64,000 nt of DNA from Octopus sinensis (GCF_006345805.1 NC_042999.1:36270001-36334000), one strand, 5' to 3'; positions 40,600 through 52,800 are shown, counted from the first letter of the stretch. Made by a program: numbers and translations. The notes: generated by a model from the sequence alone, not told the origin.

Positions 40600-41005
40600 T
40601 GCCGGTGGCACATAAGAAAACCATCCGAACGTGACCGTAGCCAGTACCGCAATGACTGGCCTCCGTGCTGAGGGCACGTAACAAACACCATCCGAGCGTG
40701 GCCGTCTGCCAGCCTCGTCTGGCACCTGTGTCGGTGACACATAAGAAAACACCATCCGAGCGTGGCCGTCTGCCAGCCTCGTCTGGCACCTGTGTCGGTG
40801 GCACATAAAAAACACCATCCGAGCGTGGCCGTCTGCCAGCCTCGTCTGGCACCTGTGTCGGTGGCACATAAAAAAACACCATCCGAGCGTGGCCGTCTGC
40901 CAGCCTCGTCTGGCACCTGTGTCGGTGGCACATAAAAAACACCATCCGAGCGTGGCCGTCTGCCAGCCTCGTCTGGCACCTGTGTCGGTGGCACATAAAA
41001 TCACC
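40600..41005 (+). repeat. Tandem 63-64-bp hairpin repeats in the RTE 3' UTR (6 full units)
   Basis: CACCATCCGA unit starts at about 40620, 40686, 40750, 40813, 40877, 40940; last CACC at 41002. Confidence 0.92.
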
Positions 41006-41864
41006 CACTACACTCTCGGAGTGGTTGGCGTTAGGAAGGGCATCCAGCTGTAGAAACACTGCCACATCTGACTGGCCTGGTGCAGCCTTCGGGCTTCCCA
41101 GACCCCAGTTGAACCGTCCAACCCATGCTAGCATGGAAAGCGGACGTTAAACGATGATGATGATGATGATGATATATATATATATATATATATATATTAG
41201 GGAGTAAATCCAAACTTACAGGGAAAAATTAGATTTAGGATTAAATCTAATTTCACAGTATAAATATAACTAAATAAAAAAATAAAAAATTTATAAATAT
41301 AAATTAATAATTTTAATTTTAAATTTAAATAATTAAAATTTTTTAATTTTATATATTTTGTATATTATATTAATAATTTTTATGTTTTGGTTTAAGTTTT
41401 TCATTGTTTGATTTGCCTAATAGTGGTTTTATCTCTAATTTAATTTATATATATATATGCACACAAACATAGGCAATGCCTAAGTGAAATATATATTTAT
41501 TGTAAAGGTGTCTGTCTGTTAATTTTGTGAGGGCAAAGATCTGTGCCTGGAAACCCTTGTTTTGGTTTTTGGGCAAGACAGCATCTGCTGTGATTGTAGA
41601 GAACCACATATGAGTAACAGTCTTGGTTGCAGTAAATGCACACTTTGTCACTCTTGTCCTAGCTCCTAGTGCTACTATGCTACCAAATCTGCTTTTCTCA
41701 TCTTTTTAAACCTTTGTCTAGTTACAGCCTCCAGCAGGAGCAATCATCAGCAATATTCCCCCCAATTTTCAATGTTTATATAAAGAGATTTCATATCCCT
41801 CAGGCAGACATCTAAATAAATATATGTATATATATATATATATATAATATATATATATATAAAA

Positions 41865-41896
<32 letters not shown>

Positions 41897-43177
41897 TATA
41901 TATGTGTGTGTGTGTATGCATGTACGTTATCTTGCCTTGACATCACATCATACATATATGCATGTATATATATGTGTGTGTGTGTTTGTGTCTATATGCA
42001 TATATATGTACATGTGTGTGTGGGTATATATATTATATATATATATATATACACACACACATACATATATATATATATTCACACACACAAAAGCCCCCCA
42101 CTACTCTTCTTAACATGTCCTCATATATCATTTAGTATGGATGTTGATTATGCATTACTCATGGATGCTCAGGAGTTGCAAGTCATTCTTTAGTGGAGGG
42201 GAAGGAGGATGCGCTGAAATTTCCCATCTTCTTCTACTCAGTTTGTCTGCTCCTGACCTACACAAATATAATACCATTCTTTACAACACTGTGTCAGGCA
42301 GAGTTCTGGATTAATAATGGTGAAGAAATTTAGGAAGGCCTTGAGAATGTCTTAGTTGTGTTTGCACCATCACACATCAGCTGAATGTATCCCCAATTAT
42401 CAATTCGCTGAAGAAGAAGAAGCATTCGAGAAATGTCATTTGTCCTCTATTCTTGCAATGTGACCAGACTAGTGCAACTTAGCCCAGCACAGGGAAGTAT
42501 GGCTACCAGGCAACACTACACAACCAAGGACTTGGGCAACTCATGTGGAATTTATTAAGCTTCTTGGCATACCTACTATAAACAATGTATATCTCATTGA
42601 CATACTGCAAAGTTGGCAGAACAACAATTCTGTAGATCTTCAACATGGTTTCAGTTTTGAAGCTGAGGCCTTTTTCTTACTCAAAGTCTAGTGAAAGGAT
42701 TTCTAAGTTTGGTAGTTCTACTGCTGACTTTGTCGTCAATGTAGAGGATTCATGAAATGCTGTTGGCAAGGTATGTGGACCTGTAAATGGCCAGTATAAT
42801 CTGATCCCTGACCATGATGGCAGGTATCACATACTCCTTTTGATTGCAGTCAGAAGAGAGCCTGTTCCTTAACTGCTGCATCTCAAACACTGAATCTAGA
42901 CTGAGAGAACAGTTATCTGCTAACAGAAATTGGCACTCCACTTCCTTCTTCACCATGGTTTCAGCTTGGAATTTTTTAAAGCTGAAAAACTTACCATCAA
43001 TACAACAATGGATGATGAAGGTATCAGTCAATATGATAGAAAACATCATAGTGGAAACATGTGCCGATGCACAACTGTTTTGCAAAGCTTGTGATTTGGA
43101 ATACTGCCACTGGCTCTTTATCCTTGATTACCCCAGCAAGCAAGCCCTTATAGAATGAGCATAACATAGAAAATAAA

Positions 43178-43617
43178 TTGTTATCGCCATATTAATATGG
43201 CATTCTTATAGATATAAGAATAATCGCTGCCGCTGGTCAGCTCCATGAGGCCACCGCCATCAAGATAGCTATTGATACACGATCTGTATCCATTATAACC
43301 TTCGAACAAGGGAGGTCAGTGGCGACACCTGCGGGTCTGACTGCGCTACATTTACAAGGGGCAATACCCCGAAACGCGTCTGTAGCTGTCGGACTGGCAG
43401 TGTGAAGCGGCTGACCTCCCTTGTTCGAAGGTTATAATGGATACAGATCGTGTATCAATAGCTATCTTGATGGCGGTGGCCTCATGGAGCTGACCAGCGG
43501 CAGCGATTATTCTTATATCTATAAGAATGCCATATTAATATGGCGATAACAATTAATTTCCAGTAAACGCTGCCGTAATCTCTTTTATAGAGACTTAGTA
43601 ATTTTAATATTTCTATT
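43178..43617 (+). mobile_element. Fold-back Penelope-like insertion with perfect 144-bp inverted arms
   Basis: 43176-43319 is the exact reverse complement of 43411-43554; 12-bp TSD ATAGAAAATAAA at 43166-43177 and 43618-43629. Confidence 0.85.
43335..43395 (+). ncRNA. Variant type I hammerhead ribozyme motif (core UUUACAA)
   Basis: GTCTGAC tgc GCTACA TTTACAA GGGG caata CCCC GAAA CGCG TC TGTAGC t GTCGGAC. Confidence 0.6.
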
Positions 43618-44919
43618 ATAGAAAATAAACTTGACAGGAAATCTGCACAGAGCCACAATGCAATTGACAGTATCAAAATACCTCTGTAAGTCTGCAAAAA
43701 GTTATAGAGAGCTTATGTTGGTGTTTCTAAAACTTCTGAAGTTAGCATAGTCCAAATCACATGTCCACTGTATCATGATCTTTTCTAAAGCCATGCAGGC
43801 TCTCAGAAAGAAGGTTCTATTCATGATAGGCAATCAGGTGGTTGAACCCTAACCCTAACCCAGTGATTGACAGCAAGAAAAAGCCCTTTTCTTTTCTTGT
43901 TGAAGAGTTGGACTAATGAGACATCCTTGAACTCCAGTGAAATGTCCTCCTGGCACCACACTTTGTGGAAGAATCCAGTAAGCCTTGAGATAAGGTGAGG
44001 ACCACACTTCCAGTACATTTCAGCTAAATTGGTTATCACTTCCAGAGAACTTATCAATGGCTAGATCACTCTCAACTTCCTTGATCCCATAAGCTAAAAT
44101 ATACTTAAACACATACACACCAAAACATAAAGTAAAAATCAAATGAATGTCCTTTGGTTTCAATGATGAGCATTGCAGGAATTCAATCAACTGAAGTACC
44201 TCATAAATTAATTATAGTGTAAGTGGATGAATATTCCAAAAACATTTATATTCCTAATGTAATCTTCAGGTAGAATCAGCCTAAGAGAATGTGACAAGGA
44301 TGTTCTTTTGAATTACGAGGTACTCTATTTGATGGGCTTTCACAGGTTCCATCAACTCAATTTCACACATATGGTTTGAATCAGACTGTGAATGTCATAG
44401 AACCAAATCGGAGACTTCATGAATGTGAAGTGAGCCTAACCAGGGAGTGATGCCTGAATTCATACATGCACACGCATATACTAGTAAGATATGTACGAAC
44501 ATAATTTCTTTTATTTTTTCATTTTTTGCTTTTGCAACACAGCTCGCATTGTACCTCACGATTTCGATACCTTCCAATAATATCGCTCCCTCGAGAGGGA
44601 ACGAGGAGCATTGATCCTAAAAGGGGATGTCTTGGTTCTTATTGTTTTCTTGTTTCTGTTATCTTTGAAGACACACAGAAAGCTTCTTGAAACTCCGAGT
44701 TTCACATCATTAATTATTCAAATGAACTGTTTCGGTAACTAGAGACATTAAACTTGGAGTGTATACTTCAAGAAGCTTCAACTTCTAAAATATACAAATA
44801 TACACTTTTCTTCATGTACTGAGTGCTTTTTTTACTCGTTTGTAAACAAACTTTCACTGACTCTACAAAAATAATATATATTATTAATCTTTGAATACTC
44901 TTTTTTTCTTTCTGGCAGT

Positions 44920-44957
<38 letters not shown>

Positions 44958-45021
44958 GGTCCCGGGTTGAGTCGGGGTTAACCACAGTAAATAAGGTACT
45001 CAATACATAGCAGAGTAAATT

Positions 45022-45152
45022 AATTTATTTTATAGAAGGAGATTCTACAGGACTAGAACTGTTTCATTCAAAAGAAATCATCAGGAAGCCTGATGTTTTC
45101 TTTTGAATGAAACAGTTCTAGTCCTGTAGAAGCTCCTTCTATAAAATAAATT
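45022..45152. repeat. About 64-bp inverted repeat with a 3-nt loop and hammerhead-like CTGATG(A/T)..GAAA cores, inside (TA)n
   Basis: Arms 45022-45085 and 45089-45152 are near-perfect reverse complements. Confidence 0.75.
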
Positions 45153-46279
45153 TCATATATATATATATATATGCGGGTGTGTTGGAAAACGGTAACGTGA
45201 AACTCGGAGTAAACTAATGTTGAAAACTCCCAACATTGACGATATATGCGAGTGATTGCATACATATACATATATACACATACACACAGATATGTGTGCA
45301 TACGCACACACACGCGTGTGTGTGTGTGTGTGTGCACCATAACCACAGTTGCTTCCCTTGGAAGAACTGTCTATAAGAACGAAATCAACTTGAATCCCTT
45401 TAGAGTCGCATTTGACTCGGGCAGGTAATAGGGTAGGATTACATAAAATATTTGTTAATCTGATGACATGTCATGCAGCTATAATTACACGACTCATCAA
45501 AAGCAGGATGACATTATAATGTTGCGATGTTTAAACAGAGATATCCAATTAAAGTTAACAGAGTATATACATAGAAAGTGACGAAGGTGTAAATGATTGC
45601 ATCTGTGCGTCAATATATAAATATATTTTTATACATAAATATATATATATATATATATACGTATGTTGAAGTACTCACTGCTAAAGTGTTGCGGCTTCAG
45701 TTGTTTTCTTCTGGACATTTTCTAAAGCTACTGGGACGGTTTTTGCTGTACGTGTCCACAACACTTAACTATTTTTAAAATTGTATTCATCAATGTAGCA
45801 ACAGGCGGCCCGGTGGAGACCCAAAAAACAACACTAAAAACACGAGGAGTGGGCCAATTTGCCTCCTTCCCTTTCCTTTGTCGTCCATATTGAACACAGT
45901 ACTATGGGATAGACTCTCTCTTTCTCACTCCTCCTATAACTTCTCTTTTGTTTTCCTTTCTATTTCTCTTTTTTCCTCCTCTGCCTACTACACACATTAT
46001 TTCTCTTTATTACTATTACTCTTTCTCTTTTCTTCCTTTCTAATCTCCTTGTCTTACTTTTACTCTTTCTCTTTTCTTCGTTTCTTCCTCTCTCTCTTTT
46101 TCTTTCTACCTTTCTTCTCTCTCTCTTTTCCTATCTATCTTTCCTCTTTTAATCTCTTTTTTCCCCCTTAATTTCTGCATATCTCACCTTCACTCTTATT
46201 ATCGTTCGTTACACTCATATTCTCCAATATTTTTACAATTCATCTTTTGACTTCCTGTTATTTTAATTAATATAGTGCT

Positions 46280-46320
<41 letters not shown>

Positions 46321-46380
46321 TATAGTGGGGTAGGCCGGTTTACGGGGTTACCCTGGGTTTCTCGCTCATAAGGAGCTTAT

Positions 46381-46417
<37 letters not shown>

Positions 46418-46431
46418 CATATCTACACAAC

Positions 46432-46828
46432 TGTGCACTCATCTGATTTTGTTTCCTCATAACTTGAAGGAAGATGGCTATTTTTTATGAAATTTTCCAC
46501 AAATACCTTTCAGATAGTGTAGATTCGATTATATCGGAATTTGTTAAGTAAAAAAAAAAAAAAAAAATGGTCGGTGCGTACTTATGTCTCCTGACACATA
46601 TCACGTAATTTCTTTTTTCTAATTTCAACTTTCATTTTGTAATATATACGTGTGTGTATGTTAGTAGGTATATGTGCGGTCCCCACCTTTTTATTTATTT
46701 TTTTTATTCCACATTAAATTCCGATCTTATTGCAATGTGCACCACCTAAAAAGCACTTACAGGGAATTTCATTAAAAACGCTCATTTTTTCTAAAAGTTA
46801 TGAGGAAACAAAATCGGGAGAGGACACA
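46432..46828. mobile_element. MITE-like element with long imperfect TIRs
   Basis: GATTTTGTTTCCTCATAACTT (46445) / AAGTTATGAGGAAACAAAATC (ends 46815), with weaker complementarity extending inward. Confidence 0.55.
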
Positions 46829-46962
46829 CTTGAGGAGGCATGCTTATATACATTGCCGTCTCAAGGCATGGACGGACCGAGCAGTTGCCCAGTGACTCCA
46901 TGGGTCAAGGGTCCAAATTTTATGCTGTTGTCTGCTGTCAATAAATGCGGTAGGGCCTAGTG

Positions 46963-47163
46963 CAGTGGTTTTCAACCAGGGTTCTGCCAGTACAGTCCAG
47001 GGGTTCCGCAAGAAGTTACAAAACTGCTAAAATCGGCAGTAATTTTTAATTCTCCTATGCAGATATGTGTGCATAAGACTATTAAATTATTGCACAGGGG
47101 TTCCTCGAGCCAGTGGAATGTTTCCTTGGGGTTCCGCTCCAGCAAAAAGTTTGAAAAGCACTG
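46963..47163 (+). mobile_element. hAT MITE
   Basis: TIRs CAGTGGTTTTCAA / TTGAAAAGCACTG; TSD GCCTAGTG / GCCTAATG. Confidence 0.88.
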
Positions 47164-47299
47164 GCCTAATGCATAAACTTGCTAGGGGGTCCATAATACA
47201 ATTAAGAAGGTTTCTCTCTCTCTCTCTCTCTCTGCCTGTATATATATGCGTGTGTTTGTGTATTAATATTTAGCAGAAGCAAGTCCGAGAATTTCGTGT

Positions 47300-47967
47300 G
47301 TTAGCACTTCCTAACACACGAAACTCTCGGATCTTGAGTCACTTTGTTGTTTCTGCTAAATATTAGTAAAGATATGCATATACTCATATTTTGAGTTCTA
47401 TTTTCCCTATTTGCATCACCATAACTATACTCATACACATACATATATATGTATATATGCTTTTTTTTTCCCCTATATCCATTCATCATTTATTTATTAA
47501 ATTGGAAATTGTGAGAATTATAAAGTAATTCACAGCAAAAATTGGTTTTCTGAATGTAAACCTCCTTGCTAATCTTGCATTTAATTTTTATTTACTTTGT
47601 CATAACACTGGGAGGAAGAAAACTGTTGATAAGAAAAAGAAAGTAGAGACCTTTAGAAAACTTAACTTGCGTAATAACAGCGGAAACTGGTTCGAAAGTG
47701 TGCTGCAAAACAACAACAAGCCGAAAATTTATAAAATGTATTACTAATTTTTGGTAAAAATCCACAACTGTTAATAATTGAACCACCAAAAATGAATTGT
47801 AATGTTTATAAATATAAGATATAGGTATGTTGTAGAATGGTAGTTTTACGATAGCTGAACTTCATTCTCACTGTTGACATTAATCCAATTTCACGTCATT
47901 CCGTTAGGTTTTAGACGGAGAGTTGTTGTCCACACTTAATTGAACTATTATTGCTGCTCGTGTCATT
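47300..47967 (+). promoter_or_regulatory. Putative promoter/5' UTR of the aaRS gene
   Basis: Repeat-poor, CpG-retaining sequence directly upstream of exon 1; CRE-like CACGTCA near 47892; TTTGCATCA at 47410-47418. Confidence 0.45.
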
Positions 47968-48002
47968 ATGATGTCGACAGGAGATTCAAATTCTATACCC
48001 GG
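47968..48002 (+). CDS. DARS1: Putative first coding exon (MMSTGDSNSIPG) of cytoplasmic aspartyl-tRNA synthetase
   Basis: ATG at 47968, GG|GTAATT donor in phase 2, completing GGA with the first base of exon 60559; lies in the CpG-rich zone. Confidence 0.58.
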
Positions 48003-50509
48003 GTAATTATTTCCTACTTAACTTTATGTGTTTTTGTTGATTATCTGCTAAAGTTTATATTTTGTCGTTACATACCCACACTAAATATATATATATATTT
48101 ATGTACACATATACATACATATGGTAATCGTCAGTGATGCATCCAATTAATGCCATGAAACTTTAAATATACAACCTGTAGATTTTATTTTACTTAACTA
48201 GAGAAGCACATAATTCAAATATGAGAGTATGTGTTAAATGAAAACAGGTCATTTATGCTTTTACATCGACATCACACCAACGGGGGATCCACGCCGTGGT
48301 TATTGACCTGACCTGCCGTGTATAATAGCCGAACGTCCCTCAAATCACAGATCTTGCCATCACAAAAGTAAGGACGCTTCGGATTGTGTGGTCCTGAGTA
48401 CACTATGCCCGGTGGAAAAAACAGAAGGGTCACAGCCAGGACGACTTCGGTTTTCAGTTTGCTCTTTGAGGGCTGATCTGAGGATGGTTTATGCAATAAC
48501 AACTACATTCAACAAGGATAGTCAACAAATTGTTTGTTGTTCTATATCGTTGATCGAATTACAGTCTTTGGGGTTCTTTAGAAACAAAAGTGTCGGTATT
48601 TAATTAAATCTTTCCCGGTTTTGTTACTAATAAGTTGCGTGCAGCTAGACTAGCACGTGTACTGAAATTTTTTGTTTTATTTTTTACGTATTATTTCGCT
48701 TACATTCTTTATCAGCTCATATGTTCAGAAGTCGACAGCTTTGTTACATGTAGCATTGTTACGTGTACATGTTGGTTGTATAGAAATAAAATTTACCCTA
48801 ATAAATATTTTCACTACATTGAAACGATACATATTTCATCATCTTTTATCTGATGCAATACTAGGTTTCTGTGTTTGTATTATGCTGAAAGCATTTTGGA
48901 CACATACGCCACTCCTTTAACGTAATCTTGTTTGCCATATTATTTGTTGTGGGGAAGGTGTAGAAAGGTATATCCCTACCTTTGCGGAATTACACTTATA
49001 TGGAAATTCCTGAAACTATCTCCCCAAGTAGTCTGGTTGTTTATCCTACCTCAAGACAACTCTTGCATTAGAATTTACAGTTTTGAAAGCATTTTTTTAA
49101 TGAGAATATCCAAGGAATATTCACTAGATTACCAAAAATTTTAAAAACCATAATTAGGTTTCTTTTTGTCTTTCTTTCGTCTATAAATTCAAATTTTGAA
49201 ATACTTAAACGATAAGAAAATCCACTTAGATTAAATAAAATAGCTCAAATTTGCTCGGCGTGGTCGATATCCTTTTGGAAGAACTCCAGATTTCTCTGGC
49301 ACATTCAAACTGAGGACAGACATAAGTTTTAAACATTTTCAATAAAAAGTTGGGGCTCGATTCTGAGAAACGTTGAAGTTCAAGTACATCATGTAAGACC
49401 CTTTGGAAACAACGTTAGCTCAATGTAATCAAAATTTCAGAACATTGAATATAAGAATTCCCAGGTCACAGGATGTTAGAATCCTTGGAAATTTCAGTAT
49501 CGTTCAAGAAATGTTTAAGTTTTAACATTTTCTAAGTGAAAATGTAGAACCAAACATTTTTGAATAACCAAAGACCACACTCTACCTGTTGAACCCATAA
49601 GAAATATCTGAATGTCAAAATTTAGATATATATCAGCTGGGTTTTTATTAACTGAGGAGTATAATGTTGCCCAAATTGCATATGATTTTAAATTATAAAA
49701 ATGTATTAAATTTTTCAAGTCATTTATATAAATTAGGAAAAGTATTGGTTCAGTAAGGCCACTTTACAGAACTCTTAGGTGTGACAGCATAGTGAGGGAG
49801 CAAGAGCAATTTGGGGTGGGGTTTGCAGCACTTTTGTATAAACCTGTATAGGAGGTAGAGGTGGGTGTTTGGCATTCTCAAGGGCTACCACTGGTGACAC
49901 TCACTCCAGCTGCTCTGCTGTCTAGGTGTGATTGAAACTAGAATAGTCTTCTTTTATAGATATATTGTTTTCTGTTTCTAAATTGTTTTTTAAGCCACTC
50001 TAAAATTTTTACCAGCAGCTGTGAGATCACCGAGTAATTTACAAGACAAGAACCCCTTGACTGAATGGAGTGTAGTGTCAAGGGAGCTGGCTTTTTTTGT
50101 CAGGTGATGAGAAGTTAGAGTATGAACAGAGAGACAGAAATAGGTGTCTGCAGTTGAGGAGATACATGGCTACTCCTGTAGGAGAGAGAGAGAGATAAGA
50201 TGGTGTTGATGCAACAGGGTGGACACCCAAATTACAGGGAGGTGTATATAGTGATTTGATTGGGTGAGTAGGTGGGTAAGTTCACAAGATTGTGAAAGGA
50301 GAGTGGAATGTAGAGGGGAATCTTAAAGAATATTATCGATACATAGGCACAGGCGTGGCTGTCCGGTAAGAAACTTGTTTCCCAACCACATAATCTGGGT
50401 TCAGTTCCACTGTGTGGTACCTTGAACATCTACTATAGCTTTGGGTCAACCAAAGCCTTGGGAGTGGATTTGGTAGATGAAAACTAAAAGAAACTTGTTG
50501 TACATATAT

Positions 50510-50547
<38 letters not shown>

Positions 50548-52434
50548 CTTTATGTGTGTGTCTTCGTATCTGTGTTTGTTCCCCTACCATGACTTGACAA
50601 CTGTGTATTTACATCCCCGTAACTTAGTGGTTCAGCAAACGAGATCAATAGAATAAGTACTGGGCTTACAGAGAATAAGTACTGGGTCCGATTTGTTCAA
50701 CTAAAACCCTTTAAGGTGGTGCTCCAGCATGGCCTAAGTCAAGTGGCTGAAACAAGTGAAAGAATAATACTAGGAAATTTACAACACAATTTACAAAAGG
50801 AAAGTCACTTATAGTTGTTTCATTGACACAGCTAATAAAATCTACTCCAGAAAGGAAAATAGAAATACCATCATCATCATCATACATCCACTTTTCCATG
50901 CTGGCATGAGTGGCATGTCATAATAATCTGAGCCAGTTCTTATTTAGAGTTATTGCTCTCATTTGAGGATTAGGTCATTGTCATACAGAAATTCTCGTGA
51001 GCTGCTGGACTTGAAGTTATGTTATAGCATGGAAAACTGGATACTAATTTAAATGCATAACCAACTTTCACCTTACCAATATAATTCTCCCAAGCCATTC
51101 ATTTCACCCTACTTAGTGACTACTGCAGAATGTAACTTTATCCAGATCAGCAAATGCTAGATAGAATGGCCTATTTTCGGTTAATTGTTTCTGCATTTGT
51201 TTTTAGAAACAGGGTATCAGTACAATATGCTGTCCTGGCATAAACCTGAACTTCATCTTTTCTAGGTTAGTTCTCATCTTTCAGTAACATTCACAATTTG
51301 GCCCATCAGTTTGATGCCATTGTAGTAACCGACTTCTGAAGCATTTATTTGACCTTGTAACTGTTGATAATGAAACATCCCAATTGTTGAGTATTTCACC
51401 TCTCTGTTCCACATCATTGCCTATATGAGTCTCTAGCATGTAACCTACTTCAATATTATTGCACATATTGTTAGCAGTTGACTGGTAGTAATTATTCCGG
51501 TTTGATAATTTAAAAAGAAAAAGAAAAACATCTTAAGTTGTAACTTCATAACAGTTTATTGAAAGCTTTAAAAATTATGTGCTAAAAAAATGATTAGTCT
51601 GCTTTGAGCCCAAAAGCTCATGAAGTTGGAGCTTATCTAGATTTTCAAGGTATTTAGGTTGAGAATAGAAAATGATTTCTCACTCCTACACAGTAGGATT
51701 AACTTCCTGTCTACCCACTAGTTGCCATGTTTCTCAGTCTCAGCTAAATGTATTGGGTCATTGTGAAGTACCTTATTAAAGGACATGATATATGGCCCAG
51801 TTTGGGATTTGAAACCATAATCTCACAATTATAAGCCCAACACCTTAACCACTTGGCCATATCATCATCATCATCATCTAAAATCCATTTATCTGTTCTT
51901 GCAAAATTCGTTGAAGCAAAATGCACCAATCCGACCGTGGCCGATGCCAACCTCGCCTGGCACCAGTGCAGGTGGCACGTAAAAAGCACCCACTACACTC
52001 ACGGAGTGGTTGGCGTTAGGAAGGGCATCCAGCTGTAGAAACACTGCCAGATAAGACCGGAGCCTGGTGCAGCCTTCTGGCTTCCCAGATCCCCGGTCGA
52101 ACCGTCCAACCCATGCTAGCATGGAGAACGCACGTTAAACGATGATGATGATGATGCCTTTCTTGTCACCAGCCCTCACTTATTTTCAAGCAATGTTTTA
52201 TTTCCCATGGCCATACATTTTTCTCATAGAAGACTGGATATGAACAACATTGTTTGTATGATGGTGATGCTCATTTACAGCCATCACATAATGTTACAAG
52301 GGTACACACAGTTATGCACATGAATACATACGTACACACACACATACATACATTACTCAAGATGCACTTTCAGCTTCATATTTATTATTATTAGAGCAAC
52401 ACAAGGTAGCAAACTGGCAGAATCGCTAGCAGAT

Positions 52435-52800
52435 GACTGGTGCGACACCAGTGCGAAATCACCTCCCTCCGACAAGTCATCCTAACGAGACGTCTGCGTT
52501 GGCTGGGTCATGCCCTCCGTCGTCAACCAGGAGAATTCATCTACGAAGCAATTGCCCCAGCTCCCCTTCAGGGTTGGCGAAAGTGATGTGGTGGATGACG
52601 AAAAACCTGGCTGATGACAGTCAAGGCTGATCTAGAACCCAACCTAGGCTCCCATATCTATGGTGTTCGCCACTGGAATAAGGAGTGGTTGGAGATCACG
52701 TGGTCGTTAGCCTCAAGTCGACAGGTCTGGTCGGCGTTTGTGAGAGATGCAGCATTGAGGATGAATGAAGCCAGCTCAACCCACCCTGGGTGAATGCTGT
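52435..52800 (+). mobile_element. RTE C-terminal fragment inserted into a MESC-type SINE
   Basis: Remnant RRLRWLGHALRR..RKTWLMTVKADLE..SRQVWSAFVRDA; GAATCGCTAGCA occurs on both sides (about 52420 and 52822). Confidence 0.7.

Larger units (their letters stand above)
38746..41173 (+). mobile_element. Young 5'-truncated RTE-clade LINE with PHD-containing RT, minisatellite 3' UTR and (GAT)n tail
   Basis: RT motifs KAPGPSG, QFGFVPGKSTTDAIF, FVDMEKAFDRV, GVHQGSVLSPLLF, YADD, FRYLG, RLRWYGHV, RGRPRKTW; flanked by (TA)n on both sides. Confidence 0.95.
42300..44080 (-). mobile_element. Old RTE-BovB-like RT remnant, interrupted by the 43178-43617 insertion
   Basis: Minus-strand remnants KCGPHLISRLTGFFHKVW..EFKDVSLVQLF and FSIILTDTF..DGKFFSFKKFQAETMV..FLLADNC. 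Confidence 0.7.

Noticed and set aside
40686-40750. HDV-like or pistol ribozyme in the repeat unit
   Set aside because: Only superficial resemblance; I could not build HDV P1/P1.1/P2/J4-2, or pistol P2 and its conserved core
40600-41005. CRISPR-like array
   Set aside because: Units are contiguous near-identical repeats without unique spacers, inside a eukaryotic LINE 3' UTR, with no cas genes
40367-41134. 255-aa antisense repetitive ORF and similar MLAWVGRF ORFs elsewhere
   Set aside because: Antisense reading of the RTE 3' UTR repeats; frames differ among copies
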